A stretch of 64,000 nucleotides of DNA from Octopus sinensis (GCF_006345805.1 NC_043000.1:134850001-134914000), one strand, 5' to 3'. Positions 13,117 to 25,255 are shown, counted from the stretch's first letter. The notes: generated from the letters alone by a model not told the origin. Numbers and translations are program-made.

Positions 13117-13426
13117 TTTAATAAGACAAATTGAGACAAAGTCAGGTTTCTTGCTTGCTATTTCATCCTCAGTTAAATAGTTGTATTTTATCTCCATAAC
13201 AGCGATGCTTTGATTGATTCGCAATATAGTACCTCTCTATGTGACATGACCCCATGTAGTCAAATCTGAGAGGTCAAGCATTCTTAAATCTGACCAAACC
13301 ATACGAATGCTTCTCTGAAGTTGTAATTGTCTGGCACAGAACTCTGCCATTGACTTGGCTGCAGTTGTTCAATGTAAATTTTGATGCCTCATGAAATACT
13401 TTTAAATCTTAACAGCTTCATGTGTT

Positions 13427-13640
13427 ATTAGTTAGTTAGTTAATTTTTTGGCTCAAAAAGCAAAAAGCAAGGCCATGTAGGGGGACATGGAGTTATGTAC
13501 AGGGTAGTGTTCATGTAAAGAGTTCAGGCCACCTGTGGTCAAGGGAGACTTTGAACCGAGCGGTTGTCGGCATCTTCACCATCTCGTCCAGCAGCTTATT
13601 CCACGGATCCGCAACCCGGACGGAGAAAGCCCCTCTCCTA
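13427..13640 (-). mobile_element. CR1-group LINE 3' end
   Basis: RRGAFSVRVADPWNKLLDEMVKMPTTARFKVSLDHRW C-terminal motif; (CTAA)n tail. Confidence 0.8.
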
Positions 13641-15239
13641 AATGCCTGAATGGTTTTTTCCACAATGGAGTTGCCTGTTTCGTCTTCATTCCTTCTCAAT
13701 GTAGCTAATTTGATTTATAGTTGTTTATATGCATTTTTAATTTGCTGTCGCCTATCCCATACTATTTAGATAAATCTATTGACACATCTGCTTGCATGTA
13801 AATGGAAAAAAAAAGTCACAGTAATTTAAAGTGGGCAGTGAAAGGGATAATCAACAATGGGGAAAAAAAGGGGTTATCATATGGAAAAAAAATCATGCAT
13901 TCTATTGATTTAAATTGGTATAAATCCTTAAAAATGTTTTAGCCCAAAGGCCGCGGCCATGCTGGGGCACCACCACTGATATAAACAATTTTTAAAAAAC
14001 TTTTAATACAAGGGCATAATTTCAAGGAAGGAATTAATCTTAGAACTCATTTATTTGCTGTCTCTGAAAGTATGGAATTATTAAACCTTATTTTGTATTT
14101 AAAAAAAAAAAATTTCCCTAATTTTAAGAGTAAATAGTTTTGAATTAATTTTCTTTTGTATCTAAAATATTCAGTTATATAGATGTTTAATGATACTGAA
14201 CAGAATAATAGTAATTTCATAGTTAGGCACAAGACCAGTAATTTGGGGGAGGAGGCTGGTCTGTTTTAATTGGCCCTTTATTTTATCAATCCAAGACAAG
14301 CAAAGCTGACCTCAGCAGAATATGAACACAGAACAAAGATCACAAAGCATTTTGTTTGATGCTCTAATAATTCTGCTAACCCATCATCCATTTAATAATT
14401 TCTAATAATAAGTTTTGGAGTCGATTTGTTCAACTAAAGGTGGTGCTCCAGCATGGCTGAAGTCAAATGAATGAAGCATGTAAAAGAAAAGCGAATAATT
14501 CTTCTCCAATCACAATAATTTCTGTAGTATAGGAGTGGGAAACAGTTGCTTAAATAGAGTACTTGACTGGTACTTTATTGACCCTAAAAGGGGTGAAAGG
14601 CAAAGTCAACCTTAATGGGATTTGAACACAGAACGTAAAGAGATGGCATTTTGTCCGATGCTCTTATGATTCTGCCAATCTACCACCATTATCATATTGT
14701 CAAAATTTTACTATTATTGTGATTACATACATAGGAAATTAAAAGGATATTTTAGATTTATAAGAATCCAGTAAAAACTTTACCAAGCCATATAGAAGTT
14801 AAAACAAACTGATTTAGATTATTTAACTTTGATTTGAGTAATACTGTATCAAAGAAGCAGGTTCGTACTTGCAATTGAGGTTTTGCTTTGTCAACTGAGT
14901 TTAACTGAAATATCATCCTTCAGAAAACAAAATATTTCTGTGGAGTTCCATTCCAGGTCTGAGATTTTAGAATCAATAATGTACTATGATTGAGTACCTA
15001 ATAAACAAGTTCGGTGTCAATCAGTCAATGTCTTTTCTCTGCTACCTCACTTGTTACCGAAATGATTTCTGCTACTCTGTACTTGTTGAAGTTATGCCAT
15101 CCTCATCTTATGAACCAATTCCTCTACTTCTCATTATTCACTAGTGTCTTTTCTTGTCCAGATTTCTGCATTAAATACTTGACTCCACCACATTCTTTCC
15201 TTTCTATCTACTGAAAATAGCCAACAAAGCAAGTATTGT

Positions 15240-15470
15240 CTTGAGTTCTTGGACTCAGGGCTGTTTACCTAGTTAGTTTCCATAGCATATAAGTAACTCA
15301 GATCACAACATTTCCACTGAATGGGATGTCAGTCTGTGACAGGGTTACTCACTCAAAGCTGAGTGGACTGGAGCAATGTGAAATGAAGTGTTTTGCTCAA
15401 GAAGACAATGCACTCAACCTGGGAATCAAAATCATGATCACAACATCCTAACCACGAGGCCGTGTGCCTT
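15240..15470 (-). mobile_element. tRNA-SINE family D, diverged
   Basis: agctgagtggactggagcaatgtgaaatgaagtgttttgctcaagaa is shared with 40254-40605. Confidence 0.65.
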
Positions 15471-17314
15471 CATAGAGTAACCAATAACAAATTCTTAAAA
15501 TTTAGACATGCAATAATTCTAATTTCTCTAGCTAGATTTCTCTACCTCTTAATGAAGGAGTACTTAAAAAAGCTCTGAGGGCTGCTACTCATATTATCCT
15601 TATTATTATCTTGTAAAAAAAAAAAAAAAAAAAAAACTATATTTAATAAAACATTAGAGTGTAGACAATGACAGAGTGAACTACAAGCATATATGACTGT
15701 GTGAATGTTATGTTACAATGAATTGTTGTTGTGAGCTTATTGTTGTACATTCACATGACCGTGACCCTAAATTTTGTTTAGTTTATGTCATCCCTTTGGT
15801 CAAATACATTTGATTTAACTCTCAGATAACAGAATCAGAGATATCATTTTATGAGGAGAGTTAATTGCTGATTGACTGGACTGGAATCTCTTCCTTAAGG
15901 GCAGAATATAAATTAAATTGCTCAGGTCATTTTATTTTATATTTAGGAAGATGTCATTTTAAAAAAGAAAATATGTTTGCTTCATTAAAAAAAAATTATG
16001 AGGTAAATATAATTATATTTATTCCTGTAGAATTAAGTCGGTTGGAAATCTTAGAATTTAGCGAAAAGAAAATAAGGTAAGTGGTCTCAAAACATCTTGA
16101 ACCTGTTGATATAAAGTAAATTTCGACTGAACAAAAAAAAAAAAGAAAGAAAAAAGAATTAAAAAAAAAAGAAAGAAAAAAAGAAAAAGGAAAATTGTCC
16201 CATACACCTGAAAGTTACAGGATTAAACACGAAGCGCGATTTTTTTAAATATCATAACCGTAAGTAAGCACAAAAGAAAACACGAACGCAAAATACGGTC
16301 AGATTTGACGCAGGGTTAAAATAACAGCAATCCGGAGTCGTTACTATATTGGATCAAATGCTAACCTTGTTTACTTCCAAAGTATAATTACAGTTTAGTG
16401 CACCCTCTACAACTTTGTCATAACGCAATTTTACAGGGGTACATTTTGAAAGTATAGATTACAATATTGTTGACGAAAATTAAAATTGAATTTAAAAAAA
16501 AATTATAATCCATGCGATTATAACCAAAGAGAAAAAAGGTATTATCCTTATTTATTATCAACATCAAAATTGGTAAGTAAGCATGACAATAAAATTTCGA
16601 ATCTCTGTTTAACCTACTATAAATAATACATATCGAAAGTAGTGCAATAAACGTCGTTTCTTACATCAGTATGCTGTGCAACGATCCTGTATTAGTTATT
16701 GAATGATCGAAAAAAAAGTATGTACTTCCTTTATCGCAATGATATTTTCATAAGCGCACCTCTGTAAAATCTTAGAAAAATATATGCACTATTAAAAAAG
16801 CGAGGAAGAAACAAAGTTGGGGGGCACTAAACTGCAGTTATTCCCTTTCAAAAACATTATTAAATATACATATCTTGGACAACTGAATTGTTGAAGAAAA
16901 TTTTGTGTTTAAAATAATTTAATGACACTGTTTTCAGATTTGTTTGTATTTTCTTTTGATTTTACAAACGTAATATACCTTATTTTAGTCATGGTTTTTC
17001 GGTTTCACACGGACATTTAAAGTGATTAAATAAATATGAAGGTTCGCCAATAAGGTTTAGTTGAATTTAATATTTCATTTTGTTTCAGTTGTATTTTAGT
17101 TTCACAGTCAGTACCTTTCGGAAATAAACCGAACTTTGTAAACGAAACAGACTTAGAAAATAATATTTTTTTTTTTTACACTACAGAAAGCAGTACCAAG
17201 TTTTTGTTGGGAAAGGATGAAAGGACGAGTCCAAGGTACAATGTACATGTCTGATACCCATTTATTTTGCCTTAAGGTCTATTATCAAAGATTGATATAA
17301 CAAAAGAAAAAATC

Positions 17315-18274
17315 TTAGGTCATGTAACGAAAGGGAGTTTGTCCAGGATAAGGAATAGTATGCGAATAATTAGGATAAATGATACGGTAACTAATAAACC
17401 AACATATCACAGACACCATCGATGCGGCAACTTTCTCGGCAAGAGAATGGAACCGGTAAACACTGGTGATTAGCAACATAAATTCCCAAACAAGTGTAAA
17501 GAAAGTCAACATAATGACGGCCGCCTTAATATAAGGGGTTAACTTTTCGTTGGCATCCTTAGATAAATTAACTTCCTCAGAACTTACTTTCCGCATCTGT
17601 TGAACATCAGGATTCTGTAAAAGTTCGCGTAATCTCCTCCAGTCTTTGAAAACCCGACATTCTTCTACGATGGTTAACAAGTTATGTGTCAGTAAAAACA
17701 CATGGCCGGATACATCGAATGCAAGCCAAACTCTACCGGCTTCTTTGCATTTATGCCTAGTAGTCAGCTTAATTTCAGTGCAGATACCTGTCCTCTGAGC
17801 CATATGATCAAAAGCGGTTGTACAGACGTACCACCAAAAGGTGGCAATAGCTAAGCGCAATAAATGCTTTTTAACCAAATTCACATTGCACCCAGTGTAT
17901 ACGTAACTCGTTAGCGATATAAAAGCTGATAGCATCAGCACAGTCCATATCCAACCGAAATTAACGAAGAAGAGGTTCAATAAATTATCCCTCCGAGAGA
18001 AATACATTGGTGGTACAACAAACAAATCAGCTATCACAGAAGCAACGAAGACACCAACGACATAGATACCGATTTTAACGGAGATATCCATGAGCAAAAC
18101 TTTGCGACACAGCTTCATGACAACCATAAGTAGAAAATGTCCGACATGTATTGGCTGAGCTAAAACAGGCATCTTGCCACTGGTATTACTTGCTTTCCTC
18201 TGTGTGGGCAGTTTCTTAGGTGGTTTTCGACTCTGTATTTGAGAACTGAGGCTTTCTCCTTTTGGGACTGCCAT
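17315..18274 (-). CDS. FITM2: Fat storage-inducing transmembrane (FIT family) protein, FIT2-like acyl-CoA diphosphatase; single coding exon, 319 aa
   Basis: Intact ORF with about six hydrophobic segments. Motifs: YFSRRDNLLNLFFVNFGWIWT, the luminal TGIC...C...G..W loop, FDVSGHVFLL (first catalytic His) and LITSVYRFHSLAEKV (second His). The FIT family call is strong. FITM1/2 paralogy is vertebrate-specific, so the symbol is by closest similarity. Confidence 0.93.
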   Translation of the reverse strand: MAVPKGESLSSQIQSRKPPKKLPTQRKASNTSGKMPVLAQPIHVGHFLLMVVMKLCRKVLLMDISVKIGIYVVGVFVASVIADLFVVPPMYFSRRDNLLNLFFVNFGWIWTVLMLSAFISLTSYVYTGCNVNLVKKHLLRLAIATFWWYVCTTAFDHMAQRTGICTEIKLTTRHKCKEAGRVWLAFDVSGHVFLLTHNLLTIVEECRVFKDWRRLRELLQNPDVQQMRKVSSEEVNLSKDANEKLTPYIKAAVIMLTFFTLVWEFMLLITSVYRFHSLAEKVAASMVSVICWFISYRIIYPNYSHTIPYPGQTPFRYMT

Positions 18275-19451
18275 ATTTCGACGACTTTTTATTTTATTTT
18301 AAATAACCAGTCATATAAGAGTTATCTCCCCATGAAGTCTACTCACCCTTTTTCTACCTCCCAAATCTTGTAGTTTTCGTCTGCTTCACTATTAAAAACT
18401 TGCCTAAAATCTTTCATAACTATATAAATAACTATTTAAAGTGTGAAAAGCTTTAAATGGATCATTCGAGCTTGCTACAATTCTTTAAACCAGTAGTTTA
18501 TTAACAGTACGAAAACGGAAAATAGTGTGTAAGCACCCGATCCAGCTGATAAAACACATACACACTAAATCTACGCTAATTCATAACTAAAATTCTAGTT
18601 TTGGCAAAAATTCAGGGAATCTTTATTAGTCCCTGAAAATCCAGTATTCTTTTATGACAGTAAATATTGCGTAGCAACGCACAAGATCAAATTAACTCCC
18701 ACTATTTCTTTTTCTCGTTGGTATAACTATTAATTTTATGAATATTGATATTTCCCTGTGGAATAATCTGCTAATTTTATCACAGATATTAATGTTAAAC
18801 TTTTTCCTGTGAGAAGTTAGGGATAATCACAACCATAAATTTTATAAATATTGATACGTTATCGTAATCTTAAAACTTTGTTAGGGGAAAAAATTAATTT
18901 GATCAATAAAATTTGGTAGAAAACACAGTAAAAAGAAGAATAGGTGTTGTATATTCTCAATAAAGACAACCGCAACAGCGGTAAAAACCTAATTTTTTTT
19001 TTTTTTTCTTGTTCTCGTAGACATAAATATAAATTTTATGAATTGACACTTTATCATAGAGTAATCTCGAAATTTTATCAGGAAAAAAATTAGTTTAATC
19101 AATACGAAGGAAAACAACAGATAAACAAATTGTGCGCTGATTCTCGCACGTGGAATTATAGTTATCTCCAACACGGTAAAGTATTAACGTTGCTGCCAAG
19201 TTTCCGCGATGGGGTAAGCGCAACGCCCACTACTTCTGTTAAAAAATTAATTTTAACAACAGCTACATTAATACATAAATTTCGTTATTATAAATACTAA
19301 AAAACAAGTATTTTACATAACAGAGGGACTCTCTCTTTTTTCCTTCCTCTTTTTCTTTCTTCCTCTTTTTTTTCTCTTTTTTCTTTCTTCGCTCATGTTT
19401 GTGTTTTCTTCGGTTTTGGATTTGTATCTTAATGTAGTTTTGTATTATATA

Positions 19452-19647
19452 CGAGGGGGTGCCGAAAAGTTCCTGGCCTTAAGGTTGTCGCGAAAGGCCT
19501 GGTTAGAGATCAGTTCTTTTACAGGGCATAGAAAAAGTGAAGGGCAGCTGCAATAAGTCTGTGAATCTGAGAGGTGTATAATCACAATTAACTTACCTTC
19601 CTGTATTTTATTTCATCCAAAGCCAGGAATTTTTCAGCAACCCCTCG
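19452..19647 (+). mobile_element. mariner-derived MITE
   Basis: ~29-bp TIRs cgagggggtgccgaaaagttcctggc / gccaggaatttttcagcaacccctcg with TA on both sides; interior resembles a decayed mariner transposase C-terminus (FLQGIEK...CNKSVNLRG). Confidence 0.85.
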
Positions 19648-19672
19648 TATGTACTATATATGAAATAGAATA

Positions 19673-20060
19673 GTGGAGGCACATGGCCTAGTGGTTAGAG
19701 CCGCGGACTTGCGGTCGAGGGATCGCGGGTTTGAGTCTCTGACCGGGTGATGTGTGTGTTTATGAGCAAAACACCTAAGCTCCACGCGGCTCCAGCAGAA
19801 GGTAATGGCGAACTTCTACTGACTCTTAGAAGGCGGCGAACTGGCAGAAACGTTAGCACGCCGGGCGAAATGCGTAGCCGTATTTCGTCTGCCGTTACGT
19901 TCTGAGTTCAAATTCCACCGAGGTCGACTTTGCCTTTCATCCTTTCGGGGGTCGATAAATTGAGTACCAGTTACGCACTTGGGTCGATGTAATCGACTTA
20001 ATCCCTTTGTCTGTCCTTGTTTGTCCCCTTGTTTAGCCCCTTGTGGGTAGTAAAGAAATA
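19673..20060 (+). mobile_element. Composite SINE: family C-like head plus complete family B SINE
   Basis: Two tRNA-like heads (19673 and ~19829); flanked by an exact 18-bp direct repeat tatatatgaaatagaata (19655-19672 and 20061-20078). Confidence 0.88.
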
Positions 20061-20654
20061 TATATATGAAATAGAATATATGAATTAGTTTAAATGAAAA
20101 GAAAAGCAGATACATATCAAGTTGACGTTAATGAGAAAATAATCATAGCCTTTTCCTATTGATTTGGAAGATATTCGAAATTGTGTATTTTTTAAAAAGA
20201 GGACTGATATGTGTGAAACGACGTGTAGTAACACGTGTAGTAACACGTCCTATATTCTCAAGAACTTTTTACATAAGAGAAAATAAAAGACAGGACGACT
20301 AAGGATGGAATGTTTTTTATTATCGGTTTTGCAGGATCAGAGCTGACCAGCAACATTAATAACTACCAAGATACATCTTCACCAAAAGAGGTGCTGTGTG
20401 CTAACTCGACCACCCATGATCAAAGGCAGTCCACCTATGACCATCCCAACATTTATTTTCCAGGCAATCGGAATATGTTAAAATATATCTGTTGCGTCTT
20501 AATGTGTTTTTTTTTTTTCAATATTTCTATGAATTCATTTGAAGAAATTTTCGTATTTACGAGGAATATTGTTGTTCGTCTGCAGCTGTACACCCCACTC
20601 GCGCTTATATATTCTTTTATCGGTTTCAGCACAAAGCTGCGGCCATGCTGGGGC

Positions 20655-21898
20655 CCCATAAATAATGCGGTTTTTCAATTGCATGAACTAAAAGTTGGAG
20701 GAGGAGGGATAAACTACCCGGATCAACTTGCTGTAAAAGCAGGTAGTAATTTTACCTTGTCATTATTCTTAGTGCAAGTTTCGAAGAGTGCAGTTCGATT
20801 TTAACAGTTATTTTTTCAAAGCTATAATGGAAGTGACAAAGGAACATATTCGGCAGATTTTGCTTTACGAGTTCAATAAAGGTAATAACGCAACGGAAAG
20901 TGCGAGGAATATTAAATCAGTATATGGGGATCGGACAATAAGCATAAGCCAGTGTCAATGGTGGTTCCAGAAATTCCGAGCCGGAAACTACAGCCTAGAA
21001 GATAAGCCTCGTGGAGCCCGACGAGGACGTCCTGCAAACCCTGGTGGAACAAAATCCCATTGTAATTGTTGAGGAACTAGCATAGAAGTTTGGATTTGGT
21101 CATTCAACCATTCATTGAGACCTGCGTGCCATCGGAAAAGACAGCAAATTGGGTCAATGGGTTCCTCACAAACTTTCCGAGTCTAATCTTGCGCAGAGAG
21201 TGAATGTGTGCTCTTCTTTGCTGTCACGTCTCACGAATGAACCTGTTTTTTTGGACCGAATAGTGACTGGTGACAAGAAATGGGCTCTCTATAAAAATGT
21301 CAAACACCGAAAACAGTGAGTAGGGAAAGGAGAAATACCGCCACTCCAGGCCTTCACACATGTTAGGTGTTGTTATCTGTTTGGTGGCATATGAAAGGTT
21401 TAGTCCACTTTGAACTTATAAACTCAAACCAAACGATAACAAAGGAGATCTGCTGCGAGCAGCTTGAGCGGCTTAAGTCAGTGCTAGAAGAAAAACGACC
21501 ATCTTTGGTTTCAAGACAAAAGGTATTTTTCCATCAGGATAATCTTGACCATATACAGCGAGGATGACATTCCAAAGGCTGGAGTAGTTTGAATGGAATA
21601 CGATGCCCCACCCACCATATTTATCGGACATTGCCCCATCTGATTATCCTTTATTCCGCAGTCTTCAAAATCATTTGGACAGAAAAAATACGAATTCTGT
21701 AGACGAGGTCAGAACAGTACTGGAGGAGTATTTTTCGTTACGGACAAGTGAATTTTGGAAGAGAGGCCTTGCAAATCTACAAGATAGATGGAAGAGCATT
21801 GTAAAAAATGGAGTATATCTTAGATTAAAAAAGAACATTGTTTTAATTTTGAAATATAAAAAGTATAAAAACATGCATTATTAATTTGATGACCCAAC
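20655..21898 (+). mobile_element. mariner (DD34D) transposon, decayed transposase
   Basis: MEVTKEHIRQILLYEFNKG...WFQKFRAGNYSLEDKPR, WVPHKL, IVTGDKKW, FHQDN and HPPYLSDIAPSDYPLF motifs, with stops and frameshifts. Imperfect termini: ataaataatgcggttttt / aaaaacatgcattattaatttgatgacccaa. Confidence 0.93.
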
Positions 21899-21909
21899 AC
21901 ACACACACA

Positions 21910-21956
<47 letters not shown>

Positions 21957-22027
21957 TTAAAGAGGACAACTAACGTTAAGGCAAGGCAAACATCTCAAGT
22001 CATATACATTATTGGAAAAAATTCAAA

Positions 22028-22083
22028 GTCTTACAGCTGTTTCTGGGATATCCTAGAGTATGGAGTATTCCGTCATCGGAGAG
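22028..22083 (-). ncRNA. Degenerate hammerhead ribozyme-like motif (Penelope type)
   Basis: tct-CCGATGA-cggaata...tatccca-GAAA-CAGCTG-TA-aga; palindromic stem III; core U4>C. Confidence 0.55.
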
Positions 22084-22154
22084 AAATAGGGAAAATGAGA
22101 AGGGTATAGATTAATAAAATGACATAGAGGACAAGAGTAAAGGAATGAGGAGAT

Positions 22155-22628
22155 GAGTGGCTGTGTGGTAAGTAGCTTGTTTACCAACTACATGGTTCCG
22201 GGTTCAGTCCCACTGCGTGGCATCTTGGGCAAGTGTCTTCTGCTATAGCCTCGGGCCGACCAAAGCCTTGTGAGTGGATTTGGTAGACGGAAACTGAAAG
22301 AAGCCCGTCGTATATATGTATATATATAACGGGGACATAACACACGCAATATTATATATAATATATAATATATATATTATATATATATATATAATATATA
22401 TATATGCGTTGTGTGTGTTTGTGTGTCTGTGTTTGTCCCCCTAGCATTGCTTGACAACCGATGCTGGTGTGTTTATGTCCCCGTTACTAGCGGTTCGGCA
22501 AAGAGACCGATAGAATAAGTACTGGGCTTACAAAAGAATAAGTCCCGGGGTCGAGTTGCTCGACTAAAGGTTGTGCTCCAGCATGGTCGCAGTCAAATGA
22601 CTGAAAAAAGTAAAAGAGTAAAAGAGAG
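22155..22628 (+). mobile_element. tRNA-SINE family A
   Basis: gagtggctgtgtggtaagtagc head through the tail cagtcaaatgactgaaaaaagtaaaagagt. Confidence 0.88.
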
Positions 22629-22899
22629 TATGAAGAAAGGGAAGACAAAAGAAGCATAAAAGTTCACAGTTCAACCATCCGATCTTGTAGAAATAAGTCC
22701 TTAGGTGCAATCCTACGTAAATTCATGTGTACTTTAACCCACATGGATTTACGCAGGATTGAACCTAAGTACTTATGGATTTATTTCTACAAGAAAATCA
22801 TAAATATCAGGCAGTGACAACGGAAAGCACACTTGCCTTTTGTACGTGCCACTATTCGAGCGATTAAAAATAAGGAGAAAAAGGATTTCTTTGTTAAAT

Positions 22900-24267
22900 T
22901 TAGTACTTATTTTGGGAATTTTCGACGATTGATGAGGAATTTTACCCTAGAGGCCACACCTTTCAATTGAGCAAACTCAAAGTTACCATGCAAACTCGCT
23001 AACCATTTAACGTAGGTGTGCAACTTTTCTGCCCAATCCGACCATATTTACTAACACACTTGCCTGTATAACTGCTTGTGAGACAACGTCCGCCCTTTTC
23101 ACAAATATGCAGTAGACCTACAGAGATACGCAGCTATGCTCGGGATTAAAATTGTATAGTTTTTCATCGTTTTACTTGTTTGGTTAATATAACCCGATTT
23201 CATTCGGGTCTACTCGGGCCACATTTTAAAAGATGAGGAATTTTGTCGTAGAGGTCACGCCTTTCATTTGAGGAAAAAAATAGGGATCTCTTCTAAAAGA
23301 TGGACAGAATTTTCTACTTAACTAAATAATTTGAAACTTCGTATGCTGGTAGAATGTGTCAAAAGAAAACATTAATTTCAGATTTTTAATATAGAGACTA
23401 GCTTAAGGTGACCCGCTCTACGCGCGGGTGAGGGTGTGGTTGTTACTTTCGGTTGCTTCCTTTCTGTTTCTTATCACCACATTCTCCCTTTTTGTTTCTC
23501 TCTCCTTTCTCACTTTCCCATTCTCTTACTCTTCCTTTCACTCAACTCTCCCTCGCCTTCTCTTACTCTTTATCTTTCTCTATCTATCTCTCTTCCATTT
23601 ATAAAAAAATTAGATTTCCGCGTTTAAATTACAAATCCGCTTCCACTTTACCATGTTCAAAATTTGATTGAAATCGGGCAAAAGGTGTCCGATCTAGATC
23701 CCCAAGTGTCCCGCAACATCAATAAAATCCCAGTTTTCACACCAAAGCAACCACTGTAGCCCTCCCCACCAACGTCTCCCAATCAATTTCCCACGTCAAG
23801 TTATCCCCTCCTGTAACTTTTAATCCCCTTCCAGCCCCATTTAGAGCCCTTTTTACATAAAAATCCAATTTGTATCAACGTTCGCCTTTTTCATTTTATA
23901 GATTAGACAGATATACCGGGCCTTGCTCGGGATTAAAATAGTTTATTATTGTTTTACTTGTTTCGGCATTATAATCCGATTTCATTCGGGTGTACGAGGA
24001 CCACATTTTAAAAGATGAGGAATTTTGCCCTAGAGACGATGCCTTTCAATTGAGCAAACTGAAAGTTGCCATGCAAACTCGCTTGCACTTTTAACATAGG
24101 TATGCATATTTTCAGCTGAATCCGATCACATATGCACACATTATATATATAAATATATATATACATACGCATTAAATATGTACATATATACGCATTATAT
24201 ATACATGTCTACATATATATATCTACACACATATATACAAATATATACACTTTATATATATGCACAC

Positions 24268-24305
<38 letters not shown>

Positions 24306-24598
24306 GTATACACATATATATATTTACACACACACACATATATATATATATAAATTAACCCAATATATCTGATTAATAATATCTGTTATGATTGTGCGAT
24401 GGTGGTGGGCGATAATAATTTACCGTTCTAAAAGACGGGAATATTTAAACTGTTGCTACTGTCACGCTTTCTCTCTATAGATAGAGACAGGCAGAAGTAT
24501 AGTGAGAGGTGGAGGAAGAAAGAGTGACAGAGAGACGCCGAAGTTGTCAAACGTCGTTATTGAAAGAAAGTTATAGAGAGAAAGTGCAGACAGACGTA

Positions 24599-24633
<35 letters not shown>

Positions 24634-25013
24634 GGAGAGGGAGAGAGAGAGAATGTGGAAAAAAGAGTGACAGAGCTGGCGAAGGTGGCGGGGGAAAGAT
24701 AGTGGAGGCTGTCAAACGTCGTTATAGAGAGAAAGTGGAGGTAAGAGAGGAAAGAGCGAGAGACGGAGGAAAGCAGGCAGATATGAAAAAGAGAGAAACG
24801 ACAAACACTTGTCAAAGTGTGGGTTTTTTACCCTAGTAACTACAGATTTTGAGATAGGGATTTCTAACCTAGCCCACTCACATCTTCGCCTTTTTTTACA
24901 TGTCCCTGTAAATTTTGGAGCGAATCCGACCGCATTTAGCGCTCTTTAACCCGTTCCAATGCCAAAACCAGAGAAACAAGTTTTTAGCACCTCAGATTTA
25001 TTAATAGAGAAGA
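22900..25013 (-). mobile_element. Cluster of tandem non-autonomous Helitrons
   Basis: Hairpin acccgc-gcgtaga-gcgggt plus CTAG at 23398-23401. 5' TC ends are at ~23397 (tctctatattaaaaatctga), ~23902-23911 and ~25013 (tcttctctattaataaatctga). The block gatgaggaatttt.ccctagag...cctttca.ttgag occurs three times. Confidence 0.7.
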
Positions 25014-25084
25014 TATATTTATGTGAATATTATGGGGAAGTATATAGGTGTATATATATATATATGTGCATATGTGAAAGAATA

Positions 25085-25100
25085 ATTATTTATTTGTTAA

Positions 25101-25161
<61 letters not shown>

Positions 25162-25255
25162 TTGTTGTTATTGTTGTTGTTGTTGCTGTTGTTGTTGTTG
25201 TTGCTGTTGTTGTTGTTATTATTATTATTATCATCATCATCATTATTATTATTAT
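25085..25255. repeat. Compound trinucleotide microsatellite (TTA)n-(TTG)n-(CAT)n
   Basis: Directly visible. Confidence 0.95.

Noticed and set aside
16031-16076. Possible plus-strand 46-nt exon (ttcctgtag|...AAG|gtaagt)
   Set aside because: Good splice signals, but no supportable gene model or homology; such motifs arise by chance in AT-rich DNA.
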